A stretch of 64,000 nucleotides of DNA, taken from NCBI GenBank assembly GCA_044070495.1, contig JBIPSI010000014.1, positions 64,001-128,000 of the forward strand. The letters run 5' to 3'. The translations under genes were made by a program, and so were the position numbers. The stretch comes from Spirulina sp. Lineage in GTDB: Bacteria > Cyanobacteriota > Cyanobacteriia > Phormidesmidales > Phormidesmidaceae. Positions within the stretch are counted from its first letter, which is position 1. Each line of letters opens with the position of its first letter. The notes under the pieces were generated by a model. The model did no database searches. It saw nothing but the letters and a program-made list of their open reading frames with translations, and was not told where the DNA came from. Below are positions 49,601 to 59,628 of this stretch, in pieces.

Positions 49601-50038
49601 CTAGCTCGGTAGCGTGACGATTCCTAGCCAAAAGCTTTCAATTTGTTGAATAATAGCCGCTAACTGCTGCGTATCGTTACTAGTGGTTACGTAGCAGTTG
49701 CCTTGATGGAAATAGCTTTGAAACACCGTGTCCATCTGTCCCGAGTCCGAGATGACAATCACGGGAATACGCCGCAGGTTGGCATCGCCCTTGAGATCCG
49801 TCAACATCGCTAGACTGTTTTGGTGGGGAAAATCCAGGTTCAGCAAAATGAGGTCTGGACGATGACTCGGTTGGGACACCTCTGAAGACTTCAACCACTC
49901 CAGGGCCGCCGCCCCGTTGTCTATCACCTGTAAATGGTACTGATCCGCCTTGGCATCCAGTACCTGCCGTACCGTTGCTATTTGGTCAGCGTGGTGATTG
50001 ATGACTAAGATCACGCGCTCTAGGCGATCATCCTGCAT
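49601..50038 (-). CDS. Rcp1-like single-domain response regulator with degenerate phospho-site
   Basis: RPDLILLNLDFP, LRRIPVIV, SY..GNCYV, IESFWL. Confidence 0.8.
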   Translation of the reverse strand: MQDDRLERVILVINHHADQIATVRQVLDAKADQYHLQVIDNGAAALEWLKSSEVSQPSHRPDLILLNLDFPHQNSLAMLTDLKGDANLRRIPVIVISDSGQMDTVFQSYFHQGNCYVTTSNDTQQLAAIIQQIESFWLGIVTLPS

Positions 50039-50271
50039 GGTTTTGCCCCATAGCTCTGCGGCCCGAGTTCATTCTCAACATGACGAAAATATGATGAAAA
50101 ACCGAGGGCTTATCCTAGCTTGCACCATAGCCCCTAAATCACAACTCAGGCCAATTCTGCGGAAAGTTATAACGTTTTTCTTGCCCTTCCCCACGACTTA
50201 TCCGGTGTGATCTTCATCTCCTTCCGGTGGTCGGGTTACATCCCTGGGGCAGGCTAGGCTGTGGGCTAGGG

Positions 50272-50401
50272 CTAGTTGGTTGACAAAAGATTTTGCCCCG
50301 GGCGCGGCAACTGCGCCCCTACCGCCTTGGGATCATACAGGGGATAGGTCGCCCAGCCCTTTGACGGATCTGGGGTCTGGCACGTTTTGTCCGTCAACCG
50401 G
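50272..50401. mobile_element. 130-bp MITE, degenerate copy of the 55744 element
   Basis: Ends ctagttggttgacaaaa / ttttgtccgtcaaccgg; same length as the 55744 copy. Flanks gggctaggg / gggccaggg (9-bp TSD, 1 mismatch). Confidence 0.75.
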
Positions 50402-50685
50402 GGGCCAGGGTGAGGGTTTCGGCATGGCCTGGGAACGCTAGGGATATCCACGGAATATCTCTAGCTCAAGCGTCATAACATCACAATATTTTCAAGGTAA
50501 TGCTAAAAACAGCGGCAACCCTTGCCCCAGCCCCAATGGAATCGGCAAGATGACCGAAGGACGTTAGGCGGACGCGGGCTAGAAGGGCCGCCTGTCTCAG
50601 GGAAGGGGAGATTTTATTCCTCAGGTATCTATTTTGACTTAAATTCCTACCCCATAACTTTTATTCATAGAGAGGAGACCTCGCC

Positions 50686-52581
50686 ATGGCGCGTACCCAA
50701 AAGCAATCACGGGTGACCCCCCAAAGCACCCGTTTTCCCCCCAAAGAGGAAACGGTTCCCGCCTGGAATCCGTCATCCTCTTCCATGGCCAACGCCGTTA
50801 CGCCAGATCATCATCTCATTTTTAAGCAAGTGTCCAACCAACTAAAACCCCTGCTCCAAAAGATCTACCCAGAAGACGTTGCTACCCGGTTGGCGACGGA
50901 AATTTTTGATCTGATTCAAGGTACCCTCTGCCCCTCTGGCAAGGAAAATCTAAAAAAATGGAACCACAATAATGTGCTGCTGATTACCTACGGCGACAGT
51001 GTCGTGGATAGTCAGCGCCCACCCCTCGCGGTGCTGGCAGAATTTTTAGAAAAGTACCTAGAGGGCACGGTCACAGGGGTACACATTCTACCCTTCTTCC
51101 CCTACAGTTCCGACGATGGCTTTGCGGTGATTGACTATCTCCAAGTCAACCCAGAATTGGGCGACTGGGAACAGGTGCAGCGGATTGCCCAACACTTTAA
51201 TCTCATGGTGGACTTGGTGATTAACCATGTCTCTAGTCAGCACGAATGGTTTCAACAATTTAAGGCTGGGGAATTACCAGGGCGCAATTATTTTGTCACG
51301 GGCGACCCCAGTGAAGATCTTGCCCAGGTGGTACGGCCTCGCAGTTCGCCGTTGCTAACCCCCGTCGAAACAGCGGAGGGTGTGCGCCATGTGTGGACGA
51401 CCTTCAGCGCCGACCAAGTGGATGTGGACTTTGAAAATCCCGATGTGCTGATCGAGTACGTCAAAATTATCGTGGCCTACGTGCAGGCCGGGGCGCGGTA
51501 TATTCGCCTCGATGCGGTGGGTTTTTTGTGGAAAAAACGGGGCACCAACTGTATGCACCTGCCCGAAACCCACGCCATGGTGCGTCTGTTCCGCGAAATC
51601 CTGCAAATGATCGATCCCGGCATTGCCCTGATTACCGAAACCAACGTCCCCAATCGGGAAAACCTCAGCTACTTCGGTAATCGCAATGAAGCCCACATGA
51701 TCTACAACTTCAGCCTGCCGCCGCTGTTGTTGAATGCGCTGTTGCAGGGGCGTTCCGACCATCTAAAAACCTGGATGATGAGTATGCCCCCGGCCCCCAT
51801 CGGCTGCGCCTACTTCAACTTCACTGCCTCCCACGACGGCATTGGCATGAGGCCCGCCGAAGGATTACTCACCGAAGATGAGTACGAACAACTCATCGAC
51901 ACCATGCGAAACCACGGCGGCAAAATTAGTATGCGCACCCGCCCGGATGGCAGCCAATCCCCCTACGAAATCAACATTTCTTTGTTTGATGCCCTGAAGG
52001 GTACCGTCAAGGGCGAAGACCAATGGCAGGTCGAACGCTTTCTCTGTTCTCAAACCATTATGATGGCCCTAGAGGGGATCCCCGCCTTCTATATCCACAG
52101 CTTACTCGCCACCCACAACTACACAGAGGGGGTCGAAAAAACAGGCCACAATCGCACTATTAACCGCTACAAGTGGGATCTAGAAACCCTAGAAACTGCC
52201 CTAGCCGATCCCACTACGCCCCACGCCAAGGTGCTAAAAGAACTCACCCGACTGATCAAAATTCGCCGCCAGCAAACCGCCTTCCACCCCAACGCCACCC
52301 AATACACCCTGCACCCGCTTAATCGCGCCCTATTTGCCTTTTGGCGACAAAGTCTCACCCGCGACCAAAGCATTTTCTCGGTGCACAACCTCAGCGACGA
52401 ACCCCAGGAACTGCGCTTTAGCGACCTCAATCTCGTCAGCACCGACGACTGGTTTGATCTAATCAGCGGCGACAAATTTGCCGATTTAGATATGGTCTAC
52501 ATTCTCAAACCCTATCAATCGGTGTGGATTACCAACAAGATCAACGCTGCCCAAGATGAAACCATGCCAACGTTGTTGTAG
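50686..52581 (+). CDS. GH13_18 sugar phosphorylase, probably glucosylglycerate phosphorylase
   Basis: LITYGDS, VHILPFFPYSSDDGF, RLDAVGF, ITETNV, ASHDGIG, PYEIN. TETN and YEIN fit the glucosylglycerate clade better than sucrose phosphorylase. Confidence 0.8.
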   Translation: MARTQKQSRVTPQSTRFPPKEETVPAWNPSSSSMANAVTPDHHLIFKQVSNQLKPLLQKIYPEDVATRLATEIFDLIQGTLCPSGKENLKKWNHNNVLLITYGDSVVDSQRPPLAVLAEFLEKYLEGTVTGVHILPFFPYSSDDGFAVIDYLQVNPELGDWEQVQRIAQHFNLMVDLVINHVSSQHEWFQQFKAGELPGRNYFVTGDPSEDLAQVVRPRSSPLLTPVETAEGVRHVWTTFSADQVDVDFENPDVLIEYVKIIVAYVQAGARYIRLDAVGFLWKKRGTNCMHLPETHAMVRLFREILQMIDPGIALITETNVPNRENLSYFGNRNEAHMIYNFSLPPLLLNALLQGRSDHLKTWMMSMPPAPIGCAYFNFTASHDGIGMRPAEGLLTEDEYEQLIDTMRNHGGKISMRTRPDGSQSPYEINISLFDALKGTVKGEDQWQVERFLCSQTIMMALEGIPAFYIHSLLATHNYTEGVEKTGHNRTINRYKWDLETLETALADPTTPHAKVLKELTRLIKIRRQQTAFHPNATQYTLHPLNRALFAFWRQSLTRDQSIFSVHNLSDEPQELRFSDLNLVSTDDWFDLISGDKFADLDMVYILKPYQSVWITNKINAAQDETMPTLL

Positions 52582-52605
52582 GGAGTGTAAAAGAGCATTT
52601 TTTTA

Positions 52606-52628
52606 GGGGTGGGCACTGCCCACCCTAC
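52606..52628 (-). repeat. REP hairpin GGTGGGCACTGCCCACC
   Basis: Ends in CCTAC; an inverted copy lies at 53245-53264. Confidence 0.7.
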
Positions 52629-52643
52629 AGGCTAATCGTTCAC

Positions 52644-53006
52644 CTACCTCGCTTTCTCTACAGCTAGCACTAGCGCAGCGCCGACCGCATAGGCCAGAAT
52701 ATCTTTCCAGTCAAAGGTGGTACCGAGGATAGTGGAGAGCATCGGGTTGTCTTGCAGGCCCATGCGATCAACAAACCTGAGATATTGTAGACCTTCAATA
52801 CAACAGGCGAAGACAAAGACAATCAGTATCGCTATGGCAGGACGAAGGGGCCAGAAGGCTTTGATAAAGCAGTAGATGAGGGGAATAACTAACACATCAC
52901 CGACAAGGGGTCGAATGATGTTGTCGTCTATAAAAATCGCGATTAAGGTTTCAATGAGAAATAGAAAAATCGCGACATAGAAATATTTGACGTTAAATTT
53001 AATCAT
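52644..53006 (-). CDS. DUF2809 (YjgA-like) membrane protein
   Basis: IRPLVGDVLV, IEGLQY, LGTTFDWKDILAY. ATG 53006. Confidence 0.82.
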   Translation of the reverse strand: MIKFNVKYFYVAIFLFLIETLIAIFIDDNIIRPLVGDVLVIPLIYCFIKAFWPLRPAIAILIVFVFACCIEGLQYLRFVDRMGLQDNPMLSTILGTTFDWKDILAYAVGAALVLAVEKAR

Positions 53007-53154
53007 ATAGCGGATTTCACTCGGGTAAAGTACATTGCGATGATTCCCCCTGCCCCCCTTAAAAAGGGGGCATAGCATGAAACTTAGACAACTAGGTGCT
53101 AGGGGGATCTAGAACTCAGCAACGGTGTATCTCAAACTATCGAGCACCGCTGTA
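53006..53154. mobile_element. Degenerate MITE-like element (TATAGCGG...CCGCTGTA ends) with CCCCCTTAAAAAGGGGG hairpin
   Basis: Short imperfect TIR bounded by TA; internal hairpin family shared with 58420-58535. Confidence 0.5.
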
Positions 53155-53432
53155 GGTTCACAAGTAGGAATTTCCCGTTATATTAACAGCAGCGCAATGC
53201 CTCAATGTACTCTAACGTCGGGGGAAAGAGAAAGCAGGTAATCCTAGGGTGGGCACTGCCCACCATTTTATCTTCAGCCACTTTACCTATCCTGTAAATC
53301 TTGGTACCGCTATCATCCTTACTTGATTGGGCCAAGTGATAGGCATATTGCGGGTGCAACCAACTGACATAACTCCTGGATTATAAAAGTTTGGGTAAAC
53401 TCCATGATATCGGTGGCTAACTCAGACTACAG

Positions 53433-54155
53433 ATGGCAGAACAGAGATGTCTGACCTATCGCTATCCTGTCATGTCATTGCGAGAATTTAGCAACATTAT
53501 CAAAGCGGCTACCCCTGAACAACGCCATAACCTAGGAGAACTGACTGGCTCTAGTTTTGGTAGTGACCCTGATACCCTCTGCAACCACATTCGTTATCTT
53601 CGGGCGGGCAGTATTGGGCAACTCTTTTGGGATGAATCCTGGAAGCAGGTGGTTACAGATGTGGCCGATCACGTCGGTATTGACTGGCTTGCTCTGCTCG
53701 GTGGGCGACGGTGGAAACAGCTTGACACCTACGAAATTGAGAATGCGGTCGTTGCCAAGGTTTTTCAGGACATGGTTAACCAGCTATCGTCAGACCAACG
53801 GGAAAAGGTGGTTTTGGAGATGCAGCGCAACAGTGATGATCCTAGATTGGAGGGGCTTCTGCTGACGGGGGGAGCCATAGCGGCGGCTAGGGCGAGTGGG
53901 TTTGGGGTGTATTTGATGGCGAGTACGGCCTTGGGTGGGCTAACCAGCGCCCTGGGCATTACCCTACCCTTTGCGGTGTATATGGGCATGAGCCAGGTGC
54001 TTGCCTTAGCCCTTGGCCCAGTGGGCTGGCTGGCATTGTTGGGAGGGTTGGCGTTCTCGCTGAACCAGCCCCACTGGCGGCGTCTTATACTGGCGGTGAT
54101 GTATGTTTCAGTGCTTCGATATCGTCCTCCCCTAAGTGGAACAGCAACAGTTTGA
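53433..54155 (+). CDS. YaaW/UPF0174-like protein
   Basis: Helical N-domain ([10 protein letters not shown]), then Gly/Ala-rich hydrophobic tail SGFGVY...GITLPFAVY...LGPVGW. Confidence 0.6.
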   Translation: MAEQRCLTYRYPVMSLREFSNIIKAATPEQRHNLGELTGSSFGSDPDTLCNHIRYLRAGSIGQLFWDESWKQVVTDVADHVGIDWLALLGGRRWKQLDTYEIENAVVAKVFQDMVNQLSSDQREKVVLEMQRNSDDPRLEGLLLTGGAIAAARASGFGVYLMASTALGGLTSALGITLPFAVYMGMSQVLALALGPVGWLALLGGLAFSLNQPHWRRLILAVMYVSVLRYRPPLSGTATV

Positions 54156-54168
54156 GCCTCGGCATCCC

Positions 54169-55146
54169 ATGACAGAACCACTTCTTGATCGCCAACGGGT
54201 GATTGACCAAGGGCTGCGCCTAGGGTTTCACCAGGTGGGCATTGTGGCGATAGACGAGATCCCTAGCGAGGCTGAGCAGGTAGCCACGGCGCACCTTCAG
54301 CACTGGCTGAACCAGGGGCATCAAGCGGCCATGGCCTGGATGGATAACCCCAAACGGCAGGATGTTCGTCAGGTGTTGCCGGGGGTGCGGTCTATCATTT
54401 GCGTTGCCCTCAACTACTACACGCCCCATGCCCATTCTGAGGATCCGGCCCACGGCAAAATTTCTCGCTATGCCTGGGGGCGAGACTACCATCGGGTGTT
54501 GCACAAACGGCTAAAGACCTTTTCCGACTGGCTAGAGCAAGAAGCCCAGGCGGCGGGGCAGGCCATTCAAACCCGCTACTATGCCGACACTGGCCCGGTG
54601 CAGGATAAGGTTTGGGCGCAGCAGGCGGGGCTAGGCTGGATCGCGAAAAACGGTAATGTGATCACCCGGCAGTATGGTTCCTGGGTGTTTTTGGGAGAGA
54701 TTCTGACCACCCTCCCCCTAGAACCGGATCGACCCCACACCAACCACTGCGGTACTTGTACCCGCTGCCTTGAGGCCTGCCCCACGGTCGCCATTCCCCA
54801 GCCCTACGTGGTGGACGCCAACCGCTGCATTGCTTACCACACCATCGAAAACCGAGCCGACACTCTACCGGAAACCATCGCCCCCCACATGCAGGGCTGG
54901 GTGGCTGGATGCGACATTTGCCAAGAGGTTTGCCCCTGGAATATCCGCTTTGCCCAGCCGACGGATGTGGCCGAATTTCAGCCCTACCCCCACAACCTCG
55001 CGCCCAAGCTAGCCGATTTGGCCACCCTGACCGAGGCTGATTGGGACGAACGCTTCCGAGCCTCGGCCCTGCGCCGGATTAAACCTGCCATGTGGCGGCG
55101 CAATGCCCAGGCCGCCCAGCGCCGCTCTGATTCTGCAATGCCTTAG
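54169..55146 (+). CDS. queG: tRNA epoxyqueuosine(34) reductase
   Basis: [57 protein letters not shown]. Confidence 0.96.
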   Translation: MTEPLLDRQRVIDQGLRLGFHQVGIVAIDEIPSEAEQVATAHLQHWLNQGHQAAMAWMDNPKRQDVRQVLPGVRSIICVALNYYTPHAHSEDPAHGKISRYAWGRDYHRVLHKRLKTFSDWLEQEAQAAGQAIQTRYYADTGPVQDKVWAQQAGLGWIAKNGNVITRQYGSWVFLGEILTTLPLEPDRPHTNHCGTCTRCLEACPTVAIPQPYVVDANRCIAYHTIENRADTLPETIAPHMQGWVAGCDICQEVCPWNIRFAQPTDVAEFQPYPHNLAPKLADLATLTEADWDERFRASALRRIKPAMWRRNAQAAQRRSDSAMP

Positions 55147-55278
55147 TTCCCCTAAGGTCCGTCCTTTAATTAGGCTAGCGCCACCATGCTTTCGCTTCAC
55201 GGGGGAGAGCTATCTGCCTTAGCGGCCTGGAGAGCCTAGGGGGTGTTGGGGTTTCCTTGGCCCTTATCCAACCTGCCG

Positions 55279-55698
55279 CTAATCATTGGTTTCCCAGGGT
55301 TCTACGACGGTTTGAACGACGATTTCGGCGTTGAGGGTGGCGGCGACGGCGCAGTAGCGGGTGTGGGATAGTTCGGCGGAACGGGCGAGGGCGGCTTCGG
55401 TCACCTCTGGGCCAGCGCCATAGTGGGTGACGGTGATGTGGGTGAAGCGGCGGGGATGGCTGTCGGCCTGGGTTCCGGTGACTTCAATGCGGTAGCGGGC
55501 TAGGGGTTGTCGCTTTTTGGCCATGATGTCAATGACATCGTAGGCGGTGCAAGACCCCAGGGCCGCCAGCAACAGATCGGTGGGCTTAGGGCCAATGGCG
55601 GGTTGGTCGCCGTCAACGTGGATGCGGTCGCCAGCTTCGTTTTGCCCAATAAACCGATGGCCACAAATTTGATGGAGCACAATGGTTTTGGTTGTCAT
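55279..55698 (-). CDS. OsmC-family protein
   Basis: PTDLLLAALGSCT, SHTRYCAV. ATG 55698 preferred because the longer ORF starts in a MITE. Confidence 0.88.
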   Translation of the reverse strand: MTTKTIVLHQICGHRFIGQNEAGDRIHVDGDQPAIGPKPTDLLLAALGSCTAYDVIDIMAKKRQPLARYRIEVTGTQADSHPRRFTHITVTHYGAGPEVTEAALARSAELSHTRYCAVAATLNAEIVVQTVVEPWETND

Positions 55699-55743
55699 AG
55701 GAGTATTGGGGTGACGGGATGCGGATTGGTCACTATTCGCGAC

Positions 55744-55873
55744 CTGGTTGACTGACAAAAGATCCTGCGCCGGACGCGGAAACCGCGTCCCTACAGGATT
55801 TGGATAATGTAGGGGTCAGGTCTCCTGACCCTTTGGCGGATTTGGGTTCTCGCAAGTTTTGTCAGTCAACCAG
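55744..55873. mobile_element. 130-bp MITE with perfect 17-bp TIR and perfect 9-bp target-site duplication, carrying two REP hairpins
   Basis: CTGGTTGACTGACAAAA / TTTTGTCAGTCAACCAG. ATTCGCGAC on both flanks (55735-55743, 55874-55882). Confidence 0.9.
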
Positions 55874-55953
55874 ATTCGCGACGGGGTCAGGGGCAGGTTG
55901 AGGCCCTAAGGTCTATGGGCCTTAGGTGTCCTCTACGGCATTGACTTCTCTGC

Positions 55954-56562
55954 CTATTGCCAAACGTAGATCAGGATAAACAGCACAATCCAAATCACAT
56001 CGACAAAGTGCCAGAACAGGGAAGTGGCAATCACCCCGACTTCACCATCGTCGTAGTTGCCGGGGATGAAGGATCGGGCCAGCATGATCGCCTGGAGTAG
56101 GACGCCCGTCAAAACGTGGAGGCCGTGGAATCCGGTGAGCAGGTAGAAGGTGCCGCCATAGAGGCCGTCGGTGAAGCCGAAGGAAAGGCCCGACCATTCC
56201 ACCGCTTGGCCGTAGAGGAAGTAGCTGCCCATGGCCATGGTGAGTAGCCAAAAGGCCCGGAAGCCCCAGAGGTTTTCTTTTTTTAGGTAGCGTTCAGCGA
56301 TGTAGATCACGAAGCTGCTGGAGACCAGGATGATGGTGTTGATCAGCGGTTCGCGCACCTCCAGCCCTTCTACACCGGGGGGTAGCCAGTCGAGGGAACT
56401 GGTTTTGTAGACGGCGTAGCCCACAAAGAAACTCAGGAAAATCACGCTTTCCGACAGCAGAAAGATGATGAACCCGACGAGGCGGTGTTCCCCTTCTTCG
56501 TGGTGGGCGGGGCTGGCTTCAGCGGCAGTGTTCACCGTGGAATCGAGGTTGATGGAACTCAT
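55954..56562 (-). CDS. ctaE: Heme-copper oxidase subunit III (ARTO type)
   Basis: FLLSESVIF, NTIILVSSS, LTGFHGLHV, FWHFVDVIW. Confidence 0.92.
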   Translation of the reverse strand: MSSINLDSTVNTAAEASPAHHEEGEHRLVGFIIFLLSESVIFLSFFVGYAVYKTSSLDWLPPGVEGLEVREPLINTIILVSSSFVIYIAERYLKKENLWGFRAFWLLTMAMGSYFLYGQAVEWSGLSFGFTDGLYGGTFYLLTGFHGLHVLTGVLLQAIMLARSFIPGNYDDGEVGVIATSLFWHFVDVIWIVLFILIYVWQ

Positions 56563-58254
56563 TTAGGCCACCTCCGTAGACGCGAGTTGCTGCAAGGCCG
56601 CCTGTTGGGCGGTGAGGGGTTCGTTTTTGCCATAGCCATAGGGTTCGGCGATGACGGTGGGGATTTCGTCGAAGTTTTCGTGGGGGGGCGGCGAGGCCAC
56701 CATCCACTCTAGGCCAATGGCCCGCCAGGGGTTGGCGGAGGCTTTTTCCCCCTGCACCCAGGAGCTAATCATGTTCAGCAAAAAGGGCAGGGTGGAGACC
56801 CCCAGCAAGAAGCCGCCCAGGCTAGCCAGCACGTTCCAGAAGGCAAATTCTGGGTCGTAGGAGGCGACGCGGCGGGGCATCCCCATTAGGCCAGCGGGGT
56901 GCATGGGTAGAAAGTTGAGGTTGGTGCCGACAAAGGCGAGGACAAAGTGCAGTTTGCCCAGCCCTTCATAGTACATCCGCCCGGTCATTTTGGGGAACCA
57001 GTGGTAGAGGGCGGCAAACATCCCCATGGTCATGGATCCGTAGAGCACGTAGTGGAAGTGGCCCACCACAAAGTAGGTGTTGTTGACGTGGATATCCACC
57101 GGGGTGGAGGCCAGCATAATGCCCGTGATGCCTGCGAACACAAACATGGTCATGCCGCCGAGGGCAAACAGCATGGCGGTGTTCAGCTTCAGCTTGCCGC
57201 CCCAGATCGTCGCCACCCAGGCAAACACCTTAATCCCTGTGGGCACGGAGATGGTCATGGTGGTGAACATGAACAGCATCCGCATCCAGCCCGGAGTGCC
57301 GCTGGCAAACATGTGGTGAACCCAGACGATGCCGCTGAGTCCGGTAATCACAAAGGACGAGATGGCCACAACATGGTAGCCAAACAGCGGTTTCCGGGCA
57401 TAGACCGGGAAAAGCTCTGAAAATACCCCGAAAATCGGCAGCATAATCACATATACCGCCGGGTGGGAGTAGAACCAGAAGAAATGCTGATACAGCACTG
57501 GGTCGCCGCCCTTGGCTGGGTCAAAAAAGCTGGTGCCCACCATCAGGTCAAACAGCAGCATCACCGCCCCCGCCGTCAGCGCTGGCAGGCCGAAAAGCTG
57601 GATGATCTGCGCCGCCATCACCGTCCAGCAGAACACGGGCATTTTGAAGAAGGTCATCCCCGGTGCCCGCATCCGCACGATGGTGGTAACGATGTTGACC
57701 GCGCCCATAATCGACGACACCCCCGACAGCGCCACCGCCACCAGCCATAGGGCTTGGCCGTTAATCAGGTTTCCGGTCGGGTTCTGCAAACTCACCGGAG
57801 GGTAAGCCCACCAGCCCGACTGGGAGGGGCCGCCCGGCACCAAAAAGCTGGCCATCAAAATCACGCCAAAGATGGGCACCAGCCAAAAGGCCACCGCATT
57901 CAGACGAGGGAAGGCCATATCCCGCGCCCCAATTTGCAGGGGCACCAGGTAGTTGGCCAAGCCGTTCAACACCGGGAACGTCCACAGAAACAGCATCACC
58001 GTGCCGTGCATGGTGAACAGGGCGTTGTATACCGTGCGATCCACCAGGTCGGCTTCGGGGGTGATCAGTTCCCCCCGCATCACCATGGCGAAAAAGCCCC
58101 CCACCAAAAAGAAGAAGAAGGCCACCACAATGTATTGAATGCCAATCACCTTGTGGTCGGTGCTAAAGGTGAAAAAGCGCCACCAGTTTTCTGGCTCACC
58201 GGGGCTGGGTTCCTGGCGATCCGGGGCAAGGGCGTCTATGGAGATGTTCGTCAT
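56563..58254 (-). CDS. ctaD: Heme-copper oxidase subunit I (ARTO type)
   Basis: TDHKVIG, TMHGT, WFYSHPAVY, VWVHHMF, VGHFHYV, GMPRR. Confidence 0.95.
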   Translation of the reverse strand: MTNISIDALAPDRQEPSPGEPENWWRFFTFSTDHKVIGIQYIVVAFFFFLVGGFFAMVMRGELITPEADLVDRTVYNALFTMHGTVMLFLWTFPVLNGLANYLVPLQIGARDMAFPRLNAVAFWLVPIFGVILMASFLVPGGPSQSGWWAYPPVSLQNPTGNLINGQALWLVAVALSGVSSIMGAVNIVTTIVRMRAPGMTFFKMPVFCWTVMAAQIIQLFGLPALTAGAVMLLFDLMVGTSFFDPAKGGDPVLYQHFFWFYSHPAVYVIMLPIFGVFSELFPVYARKPLFGYHVVAISSFVITGLSGIVWVHHMFASGTPGWMRMLFMFTTMTISVPTGIKVFAWVATIWGGKLKLNTAMLFALGGMTMFVFAGITGIMLASTPVDIHVNNTYFVVGHFHYVLYGSMTMGMFAALYHWFPKMTGRMYYEGLGKLHFVLAFVGTNLNFLPMHPAGLMGMPRRVASYDPEFAFWNVLASLGGFLLGVSTLPFLLNMISSWVQGEKASANPWRAIGLEWMVASPPPHENFDEIPTVIAEPYGYGKNEPLTAQQAALQQLASTEVA

Positions 58255-58382
58255 TTAATAGATGTCCTTAGTTCAGGTGTCTTGCTGTTGATGGATTTAT
58301 GTAAGCGTTGCTGTTAGGGGATTGTTTTGGGTTGTGGTTTTGCTTTTGTTTCTAGCCCCTTTCCGGTTTAAATCACCAATTG

Positions 58383-58569
58383 TAGATGGATGGATTCTGG
58401 CAAAGTTACTCTCGATTAATCCCCCCTGGCCCCCCTTAAGAAGGGGGGAACTAGAGCCAAAGTCCCTCTTTCTAAGGGGGATTCGGATTTGGATTCAAAG
58501 TCCCCCTTTTTCAAGGGGGATTTAGGGGGATCCCCCAGGCATTCCCGCATGGGAACAAGATGTGCATCA
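58383..58569. repeat. Palindromic CCCCCTT..AAGGGGG repeat element between ctaC and ctaD
   Basis: Three cccc(t)t..aagggg hairpins within tccccc/gggggat ends; the right end overlaps the ctaC stop. Confidence 0.55.
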
Positions 58570-59472
58570 AGACCCCACATAATTCACCATTGGGGCCGGG
58601 GCGGGGGGCACGGTCTTCCAGCCGGGACGATGATCGTCGCCGCCCGTGCGTTGGTATTCGTCGTAGGAGGGGTTGAGGCCCGGTTTGAGGGGAGATTTCG
58701 CCGCCGTAGAAAGCCATTGTTGGTAGGCGTCCGGCGATTCCACCACCACATCGGCCTGCATAGCGGCGAAGTAGGTGCCGCTGTATTGGGAATCCCGCAG
58801 ACGGTACTTGCCCTCCAGGGTGGGGGTAAATTCAAAGTCAATGTCTCGACCGGGGATGACATCCTGCTTCACCCGAAAGGCGGGGATGTAGAACCCGTGC
58901 AGCACATCTTCGGAGGTCAACGCCAGCTTGATGCGGCGATCCTTGGGCAAGTGCAGTTCCGTACTGGTGACGTTGGCTTCGGGATAGTAGAACTCCCACA
59001 CCCACTGACGAGCGTGAACCTCAATTTCCTCAGTCCCGTCCGCCATGGCCTGGGCCATCTCCATCGGTGCGGCAATCGCTTCCCCCATGCCCATGTGGAT
59101 ATGCTCCATTGGCCCCAGGATGGACATTTGGTCGTAGACCCGATAACTGGCGGCGGCAATCCAAATCACCAGCAGAACCGGAATCGCCGTCCACACCACC
59201 TCTAGGGTGAGGTTGCCCTCAATGGGGGGGCCATCGCTTTCGTCGTACTTGCCCGCCCGCTGAAACAGTGCCGAATAGGTGACGGTACCCACCACCCCAC
59301 AAAAAATGAAGGTGCCAATGGCGGTCATCAGGCTAAACAGGCCATCCACCAGCACCGCTTCTGCCGAGGCTGGGGGCGGCAACCAGCTATAGGCCACCTG
59401 GCCCATCCACAGGCTAATGGCGGTGAGAATTCCGGCCACAGCGGCAAGTTTGAGAATTAGGCGAAGGTTCAT
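58567..59472 (-). CDS. ctaC: Heme-copper oxidase subunit II lacking CuA cysteines (ARTO)
   Basis: LEVVWTAIP, QWVWEFYY, DVLHGFYIP. CuA region reads DSQYSGTYFAAM instead of CxExCGxxHxxM. Confidence 0.92.
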   Translation of the reverse strand: MNLRLILKLAAVAGILTAISLWMGQVAYSWLPPPASAEAVLVDGLFSLMTAIGTFIFCGVVGTVTYSALFQRAGKYDESDGPPIEGNLTLEVVWTAIPVLLVIWIAAASYRVYDQMSILGPMEHIHMGMGEAIAAPMEMAQAMADGTEEIEVHARQWVWEFYYPEANVTSTELHLPKDRRIKLALTSEDVLHGFYIPAFRVKQDVIPGRDIDFEFTPTLEGKYRLRDSQYSGTYFAAMQADVVVESPDAYQQWLSTAAKSPLKPGLNPSYDEYQRTGGDDHRPGWKTVPPAPAPMVNYVGS

Positions 59473-59533
59473 AGGGGGAAGGGAAAAGGCAAAAGTAAAA
59501 AGGCAAAAAATACGGAAGGAGAGCGGTTGATGT

Positions 59534-59623
59534 AGATTCCAGGGTTCTTAGGGATTAGATCCCAGGGTTCTTATGCCATTAACGAAGGATTTTGGTTCAT
59601 CCCAAGTCAGAACCCTGGGATCT
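59534..59623. repeat. AGATCCCAGGGTTCT direct and inverted repeats
   Basis: Copies at 59534 (1 mismatch) and 59557; perfect 15-bp inverted copy at 59609-59623. Confidence 0.7.
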
Positions 59624-59628
59624 GTCAG

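Noticed and set aside
58489..59205. 238-aa plus-strand ORF
   Set aside because: Starts inside a palindromic repeat and runs antisense to ctaC.
58567..59472. Loss of CuA ligands in CtaC as a novelty or pseudogene sign
   Set aside because: This is the known signature of cyanobacterial ARTO subunit II.
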